Origin: the human T2T-CHM13v2.0 reference genome, Homo sapiens
NCBI RefSeq assembly: GCF_009914755.1
Contig: NC_060931.1
Direction: 5' to 3' (one strand)
Length of the DNA stretch: 64,000 bases
In this document: positions 28,691-41,533 of the stretch, one piece after another
Layout: every line of letters begins with the position of its first letter
How positions within the stretch are numbered: position 1 is the stretch's first letter
Position numbers and translations under genes: made by a program
Notes under the pieces: model-generated
Seen by the model: the letters and a program-made list of their open reading frames with translations, nothing else
What the model was told of the DNA's origin: nothing
Databases searched by the model: none

Positions 28691-30235
28691 ATTATTTTTA
28701 CTGCAAACTTGGTGAATCCAAGAATAGTTTTGAAGAGTACTTCTCAGCAAGCCAGGCTTTAGGTCACGCCTCTGTTCTTCCTCCAAAGAATTCTATTTAA
28801 ATAGTGAAAAGGATTCCTTTCACAGAATGAGACTTTAAAAATATTAGATATATTTGGGACTCTTCAAATATTCTCTAAAATCTATTTTCAACCCACCTAC
28901 AACACCAAAATATAACAAACAAAAATGAGATTTGTATCATCTCTAGGTATTAGGTTAAACCAGAAGGCAGATACCTTCAAAGCTCATTGCTGCCTGAAGA
29001 CCACACAGGATAGAACAGCACTGTGGCAACCCGTATTTTTATTGGATGTTAACATGTCAAGGTTTCTGGAATGGGTGCCTAATGTATGCTAATGTACCTT
29101 GTACATCTGTTTCATGGATGAATGAATGAGTCACACACTGGAACCATCAGAAGAGTTAAGTTGAGAGACATAGAGAGAGAGAGACCTCTTTTACTTTTCT
29201 TTACAGACACAGGCCCTTAAACAGTAGGCAGCACTCTCAACCTGAAAACAAAGGCCTAAAGAGATCTGAAATCTTTGCCACCTTCTCAAGCTTTTTTTTA
29301 TCCCAAATCAGACAAGGCTTGCAGCCATTATTAAACATAGTATGAAACTTCTACTTAGAAGTCATAGAGGTGTTCCGCCCTACTTTTCTCAGCGTCTGCT
29401 ATTGGAGTTATCACTGTTACTGACAAGGACCTTGTATTCTCTTGCCAGGAGGCAAAACTACTCAGAGAGAAGCACTCAGAGTGATTGCACATTCTTTCCT
29501 TAGAGCTATGACAAGAGATGATCAGTGCTGCCAAGGCGACTTATGCAGGCCATCACTGCTCCCTTGTTCCTCAGAGAATGCTGCAAGCCCTGACTTCTTA
29601 AGAGAGTGCTGAAATAAATCTCCTCTGTTAAATAAGAATGAGCATAGGTTTATACATTTTATTCTAAGAGCCTAGTCAAGTCATATCTTATCCTGTGTCT
29701 AATAAATAATTATTTATGGAATGAATAAATTCTTCTCCTGGAAAAAAATACAGGGCAGTGATGTCAAACTAATTAACTTAAAACAATTATGTAAGTAAAA
29801 TAACTTTTACTTTGTTTTAATCTAGTATTTCAAGTCACTGCAAAAAGACACTAACTAGCCCATGATTTCACTTCCTTTTTCCCCTTTTTAACAAGCCTAT
29901 ACTCGTGAAGCTAAATTAGCAAATGTTCTTACTTGATTCATCTAAGGCTATCAAAAGAGTCAAGTGAGGAAAGCTAGCTGTGCATTGGAGGATTGGTTAT
30001 CTCACCTTTAATGTTAAAATGTCTCTTGCCAATAATGACAGGAGCAAAAGGTACAGAATAAGGCAGTAATTACTCACCTTTTATGTCTCACCTAATAAGA
30101 AAAGGGTACTATACAAACTTAGAACATTCTGTAGAAGCCAATTTTATTGCATTTCTAATATAAATAAATAATTTCTATTTAAATTATCACAGGTCTTTTT
30201 TTCTATCATAGTTATTTTGATGTTTTATAGATAAT

Positions 30236-30920
30236 TATTTTAGTCAGCATGAGTTGCTACAACAAGTGCCATATAGAGTGGGTAGCTTACCACAACAGGC
30301 ATTTATTTCTCACAGTTCTAGGAGCTTGGAAGTCCAACATCAAGGTGCCAACCGATTCGGTTCTTGGTGAGGGCCCTCTTCCTGGCCTACAGAGGGTAAC
30401 CATCTTGCTGTATCCTCACATTGTAGAAAGAGAGAAAGATTGTGTCTCTCCTGTATACTCTTTTTTTTTTTTTTAGACGGAGTCTCACTCTGTCGTCTGT
30501 CACCCAAGCTGGAGTCAAGTGGTGCGATCTCAGCTCACTGCAAGCTCCGCCCCCAGGTTCACCCCATTCTCCTGCCTCAGCCTCCCGAGTAGCTGGGATT
30601 ACAGGCACCCACCACCATGCCCGGCTAATTTTTTTTGTATTTTTAGTAGAGACGGGGTTTCACCGTGTTAGCCAGGATGGTCTCCATCTCCTGACCTCAT
30701 GATCCTCCCACCTCGGCCTCCCAAAGTGCTGGGATTACAGGCATGAGCCACCGTGCCCGGCTCTCCTGTATATTCTTTTAAGAGTACTAATCCCATTCAT
30801 AAGGGTCCTACCCTCATGACCTAATTACCTCCCAAAAGCCTCAACTCAAAATACCATCATGTTGGGGACTAGGACTTCAACATATAAATCTGGGGAGACA
30901 CAAACGTTCAGACTGTAGCT
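30236..30920 (-). mobile_element. MLT1A/MST-type MaLR LTR split by AluY
   Basis: 'atttatttctcacagttctaggagc.tggaagtcca.catcaaggtgcca', 'ctaatcccattcat..gggtcc.accctcatgacctaattacctccc', 'ggagacacaaacgttcagac'. Confidence 0.85.
30461..30761 (-). mobile_element. AluY inserted in a MaLR LTR
   Basis: AluY diagnostics present. A TSD-like 'tctcctgtata..cttt' lies on both sides (~30447 and ~30762). Confidence 0.93.
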
Positions 30921-33900
30921 ATAATATTATATGGAACAATGTGTCATTATAGTTTAATATTAAATAGAAACAAAGCAATTCAACCAATATTTATTTTCAC
31001 ATGGTTCACTTCCCAGTCCTAAAAAGTTGTCTTGCATCATATACAAGACCTATAGTCTTTTAAGTAGTTAGATATATTTGGCCCAATGTAACAGTGTGCA
31101 GAATATGGTAGCATGAATCTGTATAATTTTAAGCAGAGTGTCTTTTTAGATATGGTTGCCTTTTTCAGATGAGGAAACTGGGGTTGAATACATTTCAGTG
31201 ACTTACCCAAGGTCAAACAATTCTGTAACCACAAGTCAAAGCTAGGATCAATCCCTCAGTTCTTGATCCAGTGCTCCTCCTCCACGAAAATTTACCCCAC
31301 GACAAGTACAGCAAAACCTCATCAGAGAACTTGAGGAAAAAACAATGGTTGATTTCAAAATATAAAAAAGTTTAGGTTTGAAAAAATTTTAAAACAAAAG
31401 GCTGTTTAGCTATTTAGCATTAGGTTAAAATATGAATGAAGTAACTAAACAAAATTGCATTAATACATTTGATGGAGCAATTGAATTGTTTATTCCAAGG
31501 TAAATTCAAGAAAAATCAATTTATGTAAAAACTGGCACAGTAAAATGGGCCATGCAAAATGTTTAGTTTGTCTTCTTTAAATGACTGATTAAATGTAAGG
31601 TTGATGTTAATAAGATAACAGAATAGAAGATACTAGCCCAGATACTACACACAAAAAATTAGACAGTCATGCACCAATAAAAATAGCCCAGAGAGGGATC
31701 AAGAGTCTAATTAATAACCTGCCATAACACAGGGGAGCAAAAAATGGAGAGTAACTGCATAAAAAGATTTGCTGGAAGATCAGTAATTAGCATACTTGAG
31801 ATATCTGGAGATGTCTAAGAACGAAGAAAAAAGATGGTGCCTGTCATAATCCTCCATATGAACATGCAGCATGTGCCACCACAGTCCCCAGCGGCCTACT
31901 ATGTGGAAGGCCCTAGAAGACTTTGCCACTGAGGACCTCAACAACCCATTTCAGCCATGCACTCCTCATAGCTTTCACAGTAAAGATCCCCTTAGTGTTC
32001 AGCAACAAAGATGCTAGCAGCCTCCTCCTCAGAGGACATCAAGAGCTTTCATCACTGAGATAACCAGCAGCCATCACTGTCACAGAACCCCAAAAGTGGG
32101 AGATGCTTCTGTGCTCCCTGCCACCTAGAAGGAGCTGCTGCTGTGCCATCCTAGAAAAAGGGCCTCCACCTCCACCAACCCTGCACATACCTCAGACCCT
32201 GGAAACATGGATGCTCCACAGATTCCCACGCTCCAGTCCCAGCTCTGTGGCCACACTACAAGCACCCACACCTTGGAAATTAAAGCCACCAGCACAACAC
32301 ATGAGCCCATACCCTAGACTCTAGAGCCGCTGTCACTCCACATGTATCTGCAAGCTAGACTCCAGCTCCACAACCACTCTGTGAAAACCTGCACCACAAA
32401 CAACATAGATGCCACTCCAGCAGGCACATATACACTGCAGACCTAAAAAAGTAGTCTGCACATGCCTGTGCTCCAGACCCTGTCTCTATGACTGTGCCAT
32501 AAGTACCTGTGTCTTGGACATTAGTGTTAACGAAGTGCTGCACATTGCCTGCACCCTGAACCCCAGATTTCCAGCTGTTACACAAGCACCTGTGCCTTGC
32601 ACACCATTACCGACACTGCAGCAGGTGTACTTGTACCCCAGGGACTGGTGCAACTACCACCTCGGATCCTGAAGTCCCTTTATGTGTACTTATAATCCAG
32701 ACCTCAGCTCCAAGGCTGCTCCATGGGTGCTATACATCAGATACTGGCACTACTGCCACTTAAAGTGCACCCAGGAGCGAGCTTGAGCCATGCTAAGAGA
32801 GAAACTCTTGGCCACAATTTCCTCTGTGGGAGAAAAGGATATCAAGAGGATCCCAGCAGGCTTTGCCACCAAATATTCCAACAACACTCTCTGCTGCATA
32901 CATCCACAGCCTGGGACCTGTAACCTTTGACAATGCTGATCTCAGTGAATGAAACTTCATGCAGACTATGTCTCTGCACCCCTACTAGAGCCAGGATTGC
33001 TACACCTTATCCAGCCAGCATCCTCACACCCACCTATAGGTAAAGGTCTTTCTCCAATGAAACCGATCTATAAATTCTTGAAGAGGTGACTGCTCTATCA
33101 AATGTTCAGACATCTACACAAAGCAATAAGAAACATGAAATGCCAAGAAAACATGACATCATCAACAGAACACAATAATTTTCCAGTAACTAGCCCCAAA
33201 CAGAGATATACAAATTACCTGACAAAGGATGCAAAATAAATGTTTTAAAGAAACTCAGCAAGATACAAGAAAACAGACCGACAAGTCAATGATATTAGAA
33301 ACACGAACAAAACTTAAACAAAATAAATAGGTCAAGAAATAAATAGAAATAATAATAATAATAAACAGAAGTCCTACAGATGAAGAATACAGTGAATAAA
33401 GTAAAAAATGCAATTGAGAGCATCAATAGAATTTATGAAGCAGAAGAATCTGTAGACTCAAAAATGGTCAAGTAAAATATCTAGTTAGAGGAGATAAAAG
33501 AAAAAAAAAGAAGGAAAAAGACTAAAAAAAGCTACAGGAGTTACGGGGAATCATCCAGAGAGCTAATGTCTGCATTATAGGAGTCTCAATTACCAAAGAG
33601 AGAAAAGGAGGCACAAAGATTATCCAAAGAAATAATGGCTGAACACTTCCCAAATCTGAGGAGATATATTGATATTCAGGTACTTCTGAAGCTCATAGGT
33701 CCAGTATAGATTCAACCCCCTCAAAAATTCATGGAGATATATTAATCAAACTATCAAAAATCAAAGACAATGTTCAAAGCAGAAGAGAAAAGAAAATTAT
33801 GTTATATAAGAGAAATTCCACAAGGGTAGAGTAGATTTCTCAGGAGAAATTTTGCAGGTCCAGAAACAGTAGGATGATACAGTCAAAGTGCTGAATGAAA

Positions 33901-34137
33901 AAAAAAAAAAAAAAAAAACTGCCAACCAAGAATACCTTTCCTGGAAAATCTGTCCTTCAAAATGAAGAAAAGATAAACACATTCCCAGAAAAACAAAACA
34001 GAAACAAAAGAGGACGTTTATTACCATTAGAACTGCCTTACAAGAATTGCTAATGAAATTCAGCTTCAAGCCGAAAATAAAGGGCATTAATTAGTAACAA
34101 CAACAAAAAAAAAACAGGATTATAAAACTAACGAGTA

Positions 34138-34432
<295 letters not shown>

Positions 34433-37408
34433 AAAACTAATGAGTAAAAGTAAATAATACTTTGGCAAATTCAGAATAACATTGTAAATGATAGTTTGAA
34501 AATCACTTATAATTCTAGTAAAAAAGTTAAAAGACAAAAGGGCTAAAAGTAACTATAATAATTTGTTAATGGATATATAGTATAAAATATGTAAATTATG
34601 GCATCAAAGACATAAATGCAGGAGGAGATGAGTAAGAGGGCAGAGGTTGCGTATATGATTAAAGTTAAGTTGTTATTAGCTTAAAATAAACGTTTATAAC
34701 CTGTCTTATATAAGACTCATCATAACAAAGAAAAAAATACAGTAAATATACAAAAAATAAAGAGAAAAAAATGAAAACAGGCCTCTAAAAATAAATCAAG
34801 CCACAAAAGATACAGCAAGAGAGAAAGAAAGAAACCAAGAATCTAGAAAATAGGCAGAAAATAATTAACAAAATGGCAACACTAAGTTTTCACCTATCAA
34901 TAGTTACCTTGAATGTAAAATAATTAAATCCTCCAATCAAAAGACAAAGAGTGACTTGAATGGATAATTTTTTTAAAGAAAAAGGCCAAACTACATGCCG
35001 ACTACGAGGACTCACTACAGCTTTAAAAACACACATACACTAAAAGCAAAGAGATGGAAAAAGATAGTCTATACAAATGGAAACCAAAAAAAAGCAGGGT
35101 TAGCTATGCTTATAACAGACAAAAAAGACCTTATGTTGAAAACTTTAACCAGAGACAAAGAAAATAATTATATAATGATAAAGAAGTTAATTCATTAAGA
35201 AGATACAGTGATGATAAATATACATGCATTCAATGTTGGAGCACCTAAATATATAAAGCAAATATTATCAGAACTTGAAGGAGAAATTGACAGCAGTACA
35301 ATAATAATAAATGATTTCAATACCTCATTTTCAATAATGTATAGATATCATACAAAAACAAGGATATATTGGACTTGGACAACAGTTTAGACCAAATGAA
35401 CGTAACAGACATATATGCATGCAACATTTTATCCAAGAGCAGCAGAATACACATTTCTCACAGGAGTACATGGAACATTCCCCAGGATAATAATATGTTA
35501 GGCCACAAAATAAGTCTTAAAATTTTTAAGAAGATTGGAATAATATCAAGTATCTTTTTCAAACATAATGGCATGAAACTATAAATCAATAATAGAAGGA
35601 AACTGGAAAACTTACAAATATATGCAAATCAAACAATACTCTCTTGAACAACCAATAGGTTAAAGGAGAAATATAAACACCTTCAGACATACCAAAATGG
35701 AAACATACATACCAAAACTTATGAGATGTAGCAAAAGCAGTATGAAGAGGAAATTTCATCATAGAAAACACATTAAAAAAAAGAAAGGTCTTAAATAAAC
35801 AATAAAATATTATATCTTAAGGAACTACAAAAAGAAGGACAAACTAAACTCATAATCAGTAAAAGGAAGGAAACCACAAAATATGAAACAGAAGTGAGAA
35901 AATCCAATGGAAAGGTCAACAAAACTAACTTTTTTTTGAAAAGATATACCATATAGATAAATCTAACTAGACTAAAAAAAAATTTAATTAAGTGACATTA
36001 GAAATGAAAGAGGAGACATTACAACTGATATCAGAGAAATACAAGAGATCTTAAGAGACTATCATGAATGATTATATACCAACAAATTGGATAATCTAAA
36101 AGACTTAATGGATTAAATCTTAGAAACATACAGACTACCAAAATGGAATCATGAAGAAACAGAAAATCTGAATAGATCAATGAGTAAGAAGATTAAATCA
36201 GTAATTTAAAAAAAATCTATTATTAAGGAAAAGTCCAGGACTTGATAGCTTCACTGGTAAATTCTACCAAACATTAAAAAAAAAACAAAACTAATACCAA
36301 TACTTCTCAAACTCTTCCAAAAAATTGAAGAGGAGAAAAATTTTCAAAATCATCTTATGAGGCCAGCATTACCTTGATACCAAAGCCAGGCAAGAACACT
36401 ACAAGAAAACAAAATTCAAGCCAATATCCCTGATCAACACAAATGCAAATATCTCCTCCCCAAATACTAGCAAATCTAAAGTAAAAGAATATTAAAAGAA
36501 TCATACACCATGATCAAGTGGGATTTATCCTTGTGATGTAGGGATGGTTCAACATATGCATTCAATTAATGTGATACAACACATTAACAAAATGAAAGAC
36601 AAAAATAATATGATCATCTCAATAGATGCAGAAAAAGCATTTCATAATATTCAACATCCTTTAATAATAAAAACTCTCCACAAATTAGGTATAAAAGGAA
36701 CGTTCCTCAACATACTAAAGGGCATATACCACAAGCCCACTATAAGCTTTTCCATTAAGATCAGAAACAAGATAAGAATGCCCACTCTTTCCACTGCTAT
36801 TCAACATAATTCTGGAAGTCCTAGCCAGAGCAATTCAGCAAGAAAAAGAAACAAAAGGCATGCAATTAAAGAGTCAGAGGGATAAATAAAAGAAGGAAAG
36901 AAGTAAAGTTACTTCTCTTTGAGAGTACATTATATGCACAAAGACTCCACAAAAAACTGTTAAAACTAATAAATGAATTCAGTTACAGCATGAAAAATCA
37001 ACATAAAAGTCAGAATTTTAATACTCTAACAACTACTCAAAACAGAAATTAAGAAAACAATCCTATTTCCAAAGGCATCAAAAAGAATAAATATCTAAGA
37101 ATAAATTTAGCCAAGGAAGTGAAAGATCTGTTACACTGAAAATTATAAAAGTCTGATAAAATAATTAAACAAAACATAAATAAATGGAATCAATATTGCC
37201 AAATTATCCATTCTGCCTGAAGTGACCTACAAATTCAGTGCAAATCTCATCAAAATTACAATGAATTTTTCACAAAAATAAAAAAAGACTACCCTAAAAT
37301 TTATATAGAACTACAAAAGACCCTAAATAGCTAATGTAGTCTTGAGTAAGAAGAACGAAACTGCAGGCATCTCCTGATTTCAAATTATATTAAAAGGCTA
37401 GAATAATC

Positions 37409-39020
37409 AAAACATTCCATGCTTATGGATAGGAAGAATCAATATCATGAAAATGGCCATACTGCCCAAAGTAATTTATAGACTCAATGCTATTCCCATC
37501 AAGCTACCATTGACTTTCTTCACGGAATTAGCAAAAACTACTTTAAATTTCATATGGAACCAAAAAAGAGCCCATGTACCCAAGACAATCCTAAGCAAAA
37601 GAAACAAAGCTGGAGGCATCACGCTACCTGCCTTCAAACTATACTACAAGGCTAAAATAACCAAAACAACATGGTACTGCTACCAAAACAGATATATAAA
37701 CCAATGGAACAGACCAGAGACCTCAGAAATAACACCACACATCTACAATTATCTGATCTTTCACAAACCTGACAAAACAAGCAGTGGGGAAATGATTCCC
37801 TACTTAATAAATGGTGTTGGGAAAACTGCCTAGCTGTATGCAGAAAACTGAAACTGGACCCCTTCCTTACACCTTATACAAAAATTAACTCAAGATGGAT
37901 TAAAGACTTAAAACATAAGATCTAAAACCATAAAAACCCTAGAAGAAAACCTAGGCAATACAATTCAGGACCTAGGCATGGGCAAAGACTTCATGACTAA
38001 AACACCAAAAGCAATGGCAACAAAAGCCAAAATTGACAAATGGGGTCTAATTAAATGAAAGAGCTTCTGCACAGCAAAAGAAACTACCAGCAGAGTGAAC
38101 AGGCAACCTACAGAATGGGAGAAAATTGTTGCAATCTACCCATCTGACAAAGGGCTAATATCCAGAATCTACAAGGAACTTAAACAAATTTACAAGAAAA
38201 AAAAAAAAAACCCCATCAAAAAGTGGGCGAAGGATATGAACAGACACTTCTCAAAAGAAGACATTTATGCAGCCAACAAACATATGAAAAAAAGCTCATC
38301 ATCACTGGTCATTAGAGAAAAACAAATCAAAACAGCAATGAGATACCATCTCATGGCAGTTAGAATGGTGATCATTAAAAACTCAGGAAACAACAGATGC
38401 TGGAGAGGATGTGGAGAAGTAGGAATGCTTTTATACTGTTGGTGGGAATGTAAATTAGTGCAACCACTGCGGAAGACAGTATGGCAATTCCTCAAGGATC
38501 GAGAACCAGAAATACCATGTGACCCAGCAATCCCATTACTGAGTATACACCCAAAGGATTATAAATCATTCTGCTATAAAGACACATGCACATGTATGTT
38601 TACTGCAGCACTATTCACAATTGCAAAGACTTGGAACCAACCCAAAATCCCATCAATGATAGACTGGATAGAGAAAATGTGGCACATATATACCATGGAA
38701 TACTATGCAGCCATAAAAAAAGGATGAGTTCATGTCCTTTTCAGGGACATGGATGAAGCTGGAAACCATCAATCTCACCAAACTAACACAGGAACAGAAA
38801 ACCAAAGACTGCATGTTCTCACTCATAAGTGGGAGCTGAACAGTGAGAACACATAGACACAGGGAGAGGAACATCACATACCAGGACCTGTCAGGGGGTG
38901 GGATGCTAGGGGAGGGATAGCGTTAGGAGAAATATCTAATGTAGGTGATGGCTGATGGGTGCAGCAAACACATGTATACCTATGTAACAAACCTGCATGT
39001 TCTGCACATGTACCCCAGAA
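37409..39020 (+). mobile_element. L1PA7/8-like 3' fragment (ORF2 C-terminus and 3'UTR) nested in the older L1, without a poly(A) tail
   Basis: ORFs 37447-37833 ([19 protein letters not shown]) and 38095-38727 (…[14 protein letters not shown]) are L1PA ORF2p; 3'UTR 'gctaggggagggatagcgttaggagaaatatctaatgtag' and 'aacctgcatgttctgcacatgtaccccagaa'. Confidence 0.9.
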
Positions 39021-39962
39021 ATAAACCCACACAGGTATGGTCAACTAATTTGTGACAAAAGACTAAGAATACAAGATGAGGAAAAGGCAGTCTCTTTAGT
39101 AAATGGTTTTTCCAAACACTGGATATCAACATGCAAAAACAAAATAAATGAAACTGAACCTTTCTCTTAAACCACACACAAAAATCAACTTAAAATCAAT
39201 CGAAGACTTAAATGCAATACCTAAAACTGAGAAGCTCCTAAAAAAAAAGAGAAAAGTTCTTTGATATTCATTGGTCTCTACAATAATTTTTCAGAGCACA
39301 AGCAGCAAAAGCAAAAATAAACAATTGCACCGCATGAAACAAAAATGTTTCTTCATAGCAGAGGAAATAATCAGCAAAATCAAAAGGCAAACTATGGAAT
39401 GAGAGAAAATATTTGTAAGCCATGTATCCATAAGGAGTTAATATCCGAAATACAAAAAGAACTCATACAACTCAATAATGAAAAATAAAACAAGGCACAG
39501 ATTGAAAAATCTGTGAGAAAAGGATCTGAATAAACATTTTTCTAAAAAGGACATACGAATGGCAAACAGATATTTTTAAAAGTGTTCAGCATCACTAATC
39601 ATAAGGGTAACGTCAATCAAAACCACAATGAGCTATCACCTCACACCTGTTAGGATGGCTATTACCAAGAAGTCAAAAGATAACAGATGTTGACAAAGAT
39701 GAGGAGTAAAGGAAACCCATGTACATTGTCAGTGGACATGTAAATTATACAGTAATAATGGAACACAGTATACGAATCCCTCAAAAAATTAAAAATAAAA
39801 CTCATATGATCCAGCAATCTCACTTCTGGCTTCTGAACATATATCCAAAGGAAACAAAACCATCTCAAAGATGCATCTGGATTCTCATTTCACTGCAACA
39901 CAATTGCCAAGATTTGGAAACAACCTAAGTGTAAGTCATCAGATGAAATTCAGATGAAATAC

Positions 39963-39968
39963 ATATAT

Positions 39969-40027
<59 letters not shown>

Positions 40028-40046
40028 CACACACACACACACACAT
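39963..40046. repeat. (TA)n(CA)n compound microsatellite in the L1 3'UTR
   Basis: About 25 uninterrupted AT units followed by (CA)n, read directly. Confidence 0.97.
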
Positions 40047-41533
40047 ATGTATGGAATATATATACAATGGAATATTATTAAGCCTTAAAAAAGGAAATCC
40101 ATTTATGACAACATGAATGAACTTGGAAGACTTTATGCTAAGTGAAATAAGCCAGACACAGAAACACAAGCACTGCATGATCTCACTTATATGTGGAATC
40201 TGAAAAAAGGTGAACTCATATAAACAGTTTAGAAGGGTGGTTTCCAGGTGCAGGGGACTGAGGAAAATGGGAAGATATGGGAAGATGTTCATCAAAAGGT
40301 ACAAACTTGCAAAAGGCACAAACTTTTATCGTGACTTTTATAACTTGAAGTTATGAAATGAATAAGTTCTGGAGCCCTAATGTATAGCATGGCAACTATG
40401 GTTAATAATAATGTATTATATACCTGAAATTTTCTAAGAGAGTAGATCTTAAGTATTCTCACCACAACAAGAAAAAGAATTATGTGTGATAATAAATATA
40501 TTAATTAGCTTGATTGTGGTAATTATTTTACTATGTATAGTATAATTAGCTTAACTGTGGTAATTATTTTACTATGTATACATGTATCAAAACCTCACAT
40601 AACACAACTTGAATATATACAATTTTTGTTAATTATATCTTAAGAAAGCTGAAAAAATATTAAATGCAAAAAAATTTAATGATTTTTTAAATGATTTTCA
40701 ACAATGTGTTTATAATGGCTATTCTTTGTCTTCATGAGTTGCACTGAAAATTGGTTCTTAAGTCTGGGTGGATTTATGAGAGACATGTGACTGTGCTGAG
40801 TATTGTCAACAATTCAAAAATCTCTTAAAACTTGCATGGCAGAACATTTTTTATAAATGTAAATCTTTGGGCATGAGCAAATTAACTGTTGGTACAAAAA
40901 ATTAAAGCTAAAATAACAGAACTGCTATTGTTAAACTGTTGTTTTAAAAACGTAGAGAAAAATTTACAAATGTTTTTATTTTAAAAAATAAGTATAACCT
41001 GTTTGACTCATCACTAATGAATATGATTATTGTCTCAGTTATTGATAGTTTACTATTGTTCTTTCCTCCATAATGAAGCTAAGTGCAGTAAATATGGTGT
41101 GGTAAATAGTATGCAAGACTACAGAACTTCTTTTTGAAAGTGTTACCTGTAATGAATTTTAAGTTAAAAGACTCTGCATGAACGTGACACTGACTGCATA
41201 ATTTGTTTACAAGAAATTATGTCCAACAAGGTGATCTAAGAAATTCAACCACTTGATAAAGTTTGCTTCCTCATTTGAAGAATTCATCTTTATATCTTGC
41301 TGCAGTATCTGGCAACTTTCCACTCTCCTCCCTTCATGATAGTAATTATGAAAAGTTATTTTCATCCCAAGTAGTCTACATGGTAAAAGGAAATTTTTGT
41401 TAGTAGCATAGACTTGGTGCTTTTTTAAAAGAACAAAAGTTTTAAATGAAAGACAATTTAAGACTACTCAAGTCATTATAAAAGTCAATTATCAAAGTTA
41501 AAACATTATCACATATATATTAAGAAATCCTAG

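Noticed and set aside
37447-38727. Active L1 ORF2 coding sequence
   Set aside because: Only C-terminal fragments are present, with frameshifts and stops, and there is no 5'UTR or ORF1 for this copy.
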